A stretch of 43,674 nt of DNA, from the NCBI GenBank assembly GCA_028282585.1, contig JANQHR010000099.1, forward strand, positions 1 through 43,674. The letters run 5' to 3'. The translations under genes were made by a program, and so were the position numbers. This DNA is from Bacteroidales bacterium. GTDB taxonomy: Bacteria; Bacteroidota; Bacteroidia; Bacteroidales; UBA12077. The notes under the pieces are model-generated. The model had not been told where the DNA came from. It saw nothing but the letters and a program-made list of their open reading frames with translations, and did not search any database. Below are positions 40,213-43,674 of this stretch, in pieces (within the stretch, counting starts at the first letter, position 1; each line of letters starts with the position of its first letter).

Positions 40213-40501
40213 ATTTCAATTCGAAAATATTAAAGGGTTGTTTTAAAAGGTTGAAACAGACTCTTTTTTGAAATAAACATGCTATAAATCAAATTCTTTC
40301 AAGCTATTAAATCAAACAAAATTTAAATTATTGCAATTTATAATAAGCACTACATTTGATTATAAAACCCTTAATTATAAAGAGATAAGATTAATTTAGT
40401 TATTTAGAATTGTTTAATAATTTAAATTAATATTTAAACAAAGAAATTTTTTCATTGTTTCTTGGATGTCGGAAATAAATTATTAACTAAAACCAAAAAT
40501 T

Positions 40502-42358
40502 ATGAAAACTATTTCTAAGAAACTTATAAGCATGTTGGCTATTGTTCTCATTGCAGTTTTCGCTTTTACTTCATGCGATGATGATGATGATGAAATGATA
40601 CTTCCCAACGATGTAGTTGTATTAGCAGGCTCTATCTCTGATCTAAGCACATTGGTTACCGCAATAACTACAGCTGATTTAACAAACACTTTGAAAGGTA
40701 CTGGTCCATTTACTATTTTTGCTCCAACCGATGCCGCATTCGATAAACTTGAGGAAGGTGTATTGGAAACCTTACTTGCTAACCCTGATGCTTTGGCAGA
40801 AGTTCTTCAATATCACGTTGTGAGCGGAAAGGTAATGTCATCCAATTTATCTAATTCTGATGTTCCAACTCTACTTACCGGTAAAACAATAAGTGTAGTG
40901 GTTGCAGATGGAATGGTTACGTTAAATGGTTCTGCAAAAGTAACAACAGCTGACTTAGAAGCTTCAAATGGTGTAATCCATCTCATTGATGAAGTTTTAT
41001 TACCTGAAGGCTTCGAATTACCAAAACCTGATATTGTAAGCTTAGCTTCCGAAACTGCTTCGCTTAGTATTTTAGTAGACGCACTTAAAATGTTTCCTGA
41101 CCTGTTGGATGACCTAAGCATGGATGGAACTTATACTGTATTTGCTCCAACAGATGATGCTTTTAATACTCTTTTGGGTTTAATTGGACAAACTAAATTG
41201 GCAGATGTGCCAGAGGATGTAATTGAAAGGCTTTTGAAATATCATGTAATTTCAACTGCTGCATTAATGTCTTCAGATTTAAGTAATGACCAAATGGAAA
41301 CTACATTGCTTGGTGAAGATATAACCGTAAGTAAATCGGGAAATTCTGTAATGATAGATGATGCAAATGTAGAAACTGCCGATGTCGAAGCATCAAACGG
41401 TGTAGTACACATAATAGATGCTGTATTGATACCAGAATTAGAAGCTAAAATTCTTAACACTATTGTTGAACCTGCTTACTTTAACAAAGGTTTTTCAATC
41501 TTGACTGAAGCAGTAGTAAAGGCAAATTTAGTTGATACGTTGACTAAGAAATCTGCTATTTATACGTTATTTGCACCTAATGATGAAGCATTTGAAGCTG
41601 CCGGAATAACAAGTTTAGATAACTTAACTGCAGATGATTTAACACCAATTCTTACCTATCATGTTCTTGGAGGTGAAGTATTTGGTGATGGTTTACCTGC
41701 AACAGGTTCACCCATTCCAACTTTAAATGGAGATCTTTATTTAAGTATTAATGACAATGGATCATTCTTAAATGGCCTTACTAAAATAACAGGCGCAACC
41801 CTTTCCGGAGAAGCATTAGATTATGATAATGGTGTAGTTCATTTGATTGACAGAACATTGAAACCTGCATCCAAAGATATTGTGGAAATTGCTGTAGAAG
41901 CTTCTGACTTAATGGAAGGCGCGGAGTTCGGACAATTGGTAGCAGCTCTTACCGCTGTTGAGCAAGATGAAAGCACCGATGAGTTAATAACTATTTTAAA
42001 AGGTGAAGGGCCGTTTACTGTATTTGCACCAACTGACGAAGCTTTTGAGTCATTATATGATTTAGCTGGTGTAGAAGATTTTAATGAATTACTTACAGCT
42101 GTTGGAATAGGAAATATAGAAGCTGTTTTAAAATACCACGTGGTTGGAGCTAGAGTGTTCTCTACAGATTTGCCCAATTTACCAAGTACTACAGTTACAT
42201 CATTGGGCGGCGACTTCATCCTGAATTTAAGCACCTTAGAAATTGAAGATTCTGATGCTGCTTTAAGTCTGGGTACAAGCGATGCAGAAATCATTGATAC
42301 TGATATATTAGGAACAAATGGTGTAATTCATGTTATCGATGAAGTTATACTACCATAA
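40502..42358 (+). CDS. Fasciclin (4x FAS1) lipoprotein
   Basis: Lipobox FTSC-DDDDD; four T.FAP(T/N)D.AF / YHV / NGV.H.ID repeats. Confidence 0.95.
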   Translation: MKTISKKLISMLAIVLIAVFAFTSCDDDDDEMILPNDVVVLAGSISDLSTLVTAITTADLTNTLKGTGPFTIFAPTDAAFDKLEEGVLETLLANPDALAEVLQYHVVSGKVMSSNLSNSDVPTLLTGKTISVVVADGMVTLNGSAKVTTADLEASNGVIHLIDEVLLPEGFELPKPDIVSLASETASLSILVDALKMFPDLLDDLSMDGTYTVFAPTDDAFNTLLGLIGQTKLADVPEDVIERLLKYHVISTAALMSSDLSNDQMETTLLGEDITVSKSGNSVMIDDANVETADVEASNGVVHIIDAVLIPELEAKILNTIVEPAYFNKGFSILTEAVVKANLVDTLTKKSAIYTLFAPNDEAFEAAGITSLDNLTADDLTPILTYHVLGGEVFGDGLPATGSPIPTLNGDLYLSINDNGSFLNGLTKITGATLSGEALDYDNGVVHLIDRTLKPASKDIVEIAVEASDLMEGAEFGQLVAALTAVEQDESTDELITILKGEGPFTVFAPTDEAFESLYDLAGVEDFNELLTAVGIGNIEAVLKYHVVGARVFSTDLPNLPSTTVTSLGGDFILNLSTLEIEDSDAALSLGTSDAEIIDTDILGTNGVIHVIDEVILP

Positions 42359-42432
42359 TTATATATTCTGCTTTGTTCATTTCAATTTGATGAAAGGTCC
42401 GACAGTTTATAACAAATGGACAAAGTAATTAC

Positions 42433-42457
42433 AGGCGGCTAAAGGCCGCCTTTTTTT
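42433..42457 (+). terminator. Intrinsic terminator after the fasciclin gene
   Basis: AGGCGGC-TAAAG-GCCGCCT followed by T-run. Confidence 0.88.
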
Positions 42458-42595
42458 ATACTAAATTTTATTGATACTTTTCATTCCCATTTAATCAATT
42501 CTAAAATATCTTTAAAAAGACTTATCAGAGATTATTCTGATAATGAACATTATAAAGTGTAGCATTGTTTTAATCTAGTACCAATACGACGAATC

Positions 42596-43207
42596 ATGAT
42601 TCGATACATACTAAGTTCGGTTTTTGTGTTTTTTTTATTCCTTTCAGCTATATCTCAAACGACACACACCATTAATGTAAGTGGCTTGTCATTTACACCG
42701 AATGAAGTTACCATAGCGGTTGGAGATACTGTTTTTTTCAATGGTTCATCAAATCATCCAATATTGGAAGTAGATGAAAATACCTGGAACAGTAATGGTA
42801 GTACTGCGTTGTCGGGGGGATTTGCATTTCCATCAGGAACCGGAAAAGTAACTTTCGATTCTGAAGGTACTCATTATTATATTTGCGAAAATCATGTTGG
42901 AAATGGCATGAAAGGAAAAATAATAGTTTCAACTACCACTGATGTTCATGTTTTAAACTCAAAAAATATTCGTATTTATCCAAATCCTTTAACCGGTTCT
43001 TCAATAATAAATGTGAATATTTCAAATAATACTTCTGAGGTAAGTCTGAACATTTATGACCTAACGGGACGAGTGAAATTAAGTGAAAAAATACCGCCGA
43101 CTAGTGATCAAATTCAGTTAGATGCTTCATATTTATCATCCGGTGCTTACATAATTCAATTGAAATCAACTGATTTTATTTATTCCAAAAAAATCATTAA
43201 AAACTAG
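42596..43207 (+). CDS. Plastocyanin-like cupredoxin with T9SS type A sorting domain
   Basis: Signal peptide; FTP..VTI.VGDTV; His (NHPI) and CENHVGNGM type-1 Cu ligands; IYPNP..IYDLTGR..GAY..KKIIK CTD. Confidence 0.88.
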   Translation: MIRYILSSVFVFFLFLSAISQTTHTINVSGLSFTPNEVTIAVGDTVFFNGSSNHPILEVDENTWNSNGSTALSGGFAFPSGTGKVTFDSEGTHYYICENHVGNGMKGKIIVSTTTDVHVLNSKNIRIYPNPLTGSSIINVNISNNTSEVSLNIYDLTGRVKLSEKIPPTSDQIQLDASYLSSGAYIIQLKSTDFIYSKKIIKN

Positions 43208-43274
43208 CTTTTCAAGTTCGAATATTTTGGCTTTTTATATTTAAATTAAGTATTTTTATCCAAAATCAGGGGAA

Positions 43275-43655
43275 ATGAAGAACTTAATTCAATTCGTACT
43301 TTTTAATATCCTTATTTTATTTTTTCTTTCTATATTCCTTTCCTCATGTACTTTTGATAATGAGGAAGATCTCCTGGAAGATTACATATGCGATAGCATT
43401 GGTTTAGTTTATAGTGATTTAACAAACATTTTTAATGGAATATGTGAACAATGTCACGGTGCAGCTATCAGTTATAATGGTATTAGAATGGACACGTACG
43501 AGAATGTTAGATCTTCTGTTAATACAGGAAAAGTTGTACCTGCAATAAATCATGAGCCGGGCTCTCCACAAATGCCTAATGGTTTACCCAAATTATCAGA
43601 TTGTAATATAAAAAAAATAGAAGCATGGATTAATGCTGGAATGCCTGAAAATTAA
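43275..43655 (+). CDS. Monoheme c-type cytochrome lipoprotein
   Basis: Lipobox LSSC; CEQCH heme motif; distal MP; WI..G C-terminus. Confidence 0.88.
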   Translation: MKNLIQFVLFNILILFFLSIFLSSCTFDNEEDLLEDYICDSIGLVYSDLTNIFNGICEQCHGAAISYNGIRMDTYENVRSSVNTGKVVPAINHEPGSPQMPNGLPKLSDCNIKKIEAWINAGMPEN

Positions 43656-43661
43656 TTATTT

Positions 43662-43674
43662 ATGAAAAAAATTG
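43662..43674 (+). CDS. Start of the next operon gene (MKKI...), truncated by the window
   Basis: ATGAAAAAAATTG 6 bp after the cytochrome stop. Confidence 0.45.

Noticed and set aside
42385-42410. Hammerhead- or SECIS-like sequence (TGATGA..GAAA, AGGTCC)
   Set aside because: Hammerhead stems are missing and there is no in-frame UGA coding context
838-42932. Many short ORFs nested in or antisense to long genes (e.g. 838, 2236, 3303, 5001, 12277, 19160, 31350, 39474, 41839)
   Set aside because: Shadow frames of well-supported CDS with no motifs

Overview
AT-rich chromosomal window from a Bacteroidota genome, probably an anaerobic Bacteroidales/Marinilabiliales-like organism. The lineage is inferred from TAnnTTTG promoters, a T9SS C-terminal sorting domain and acidic lipoprotein export signals. 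It holds about 37 CDS and no rRNA, tRNA or CRISPR array. In order: M14 peptidase; alpha-2-macroglobulin + pbpC; beta-barrel protein; IS3-like remnant; MocR regulator + class III aminotransferase + membrane protein; GlxA-type AraC with divergent VOC gene; CPBP protease; two Na+/solute symporters around a nucleotidyltransferase; pcm; S9 and M19 peptidases; nitrilase; K+ channel; rtcB; BlaI/M56 pair with a triple operator; an uncalled 58-aa winged-helix gene; ferredoxin; msrA; two-domain adenylate kinase; YdcF; orphan darAB; and an end cluster of 4xFAS1 lipoprotein, T9SS-secreted blue-copper protein and c-type cytochrome lipoprotein. The best candidates for novelty are that putative cell-surface redox module, a 32-bp palindrome found twice (37606 and 40410), the orphan darAB and the tandem adenylate kinase with a degenerate second domain. 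All product calls come from motif recognition by eye; no database searches were run.
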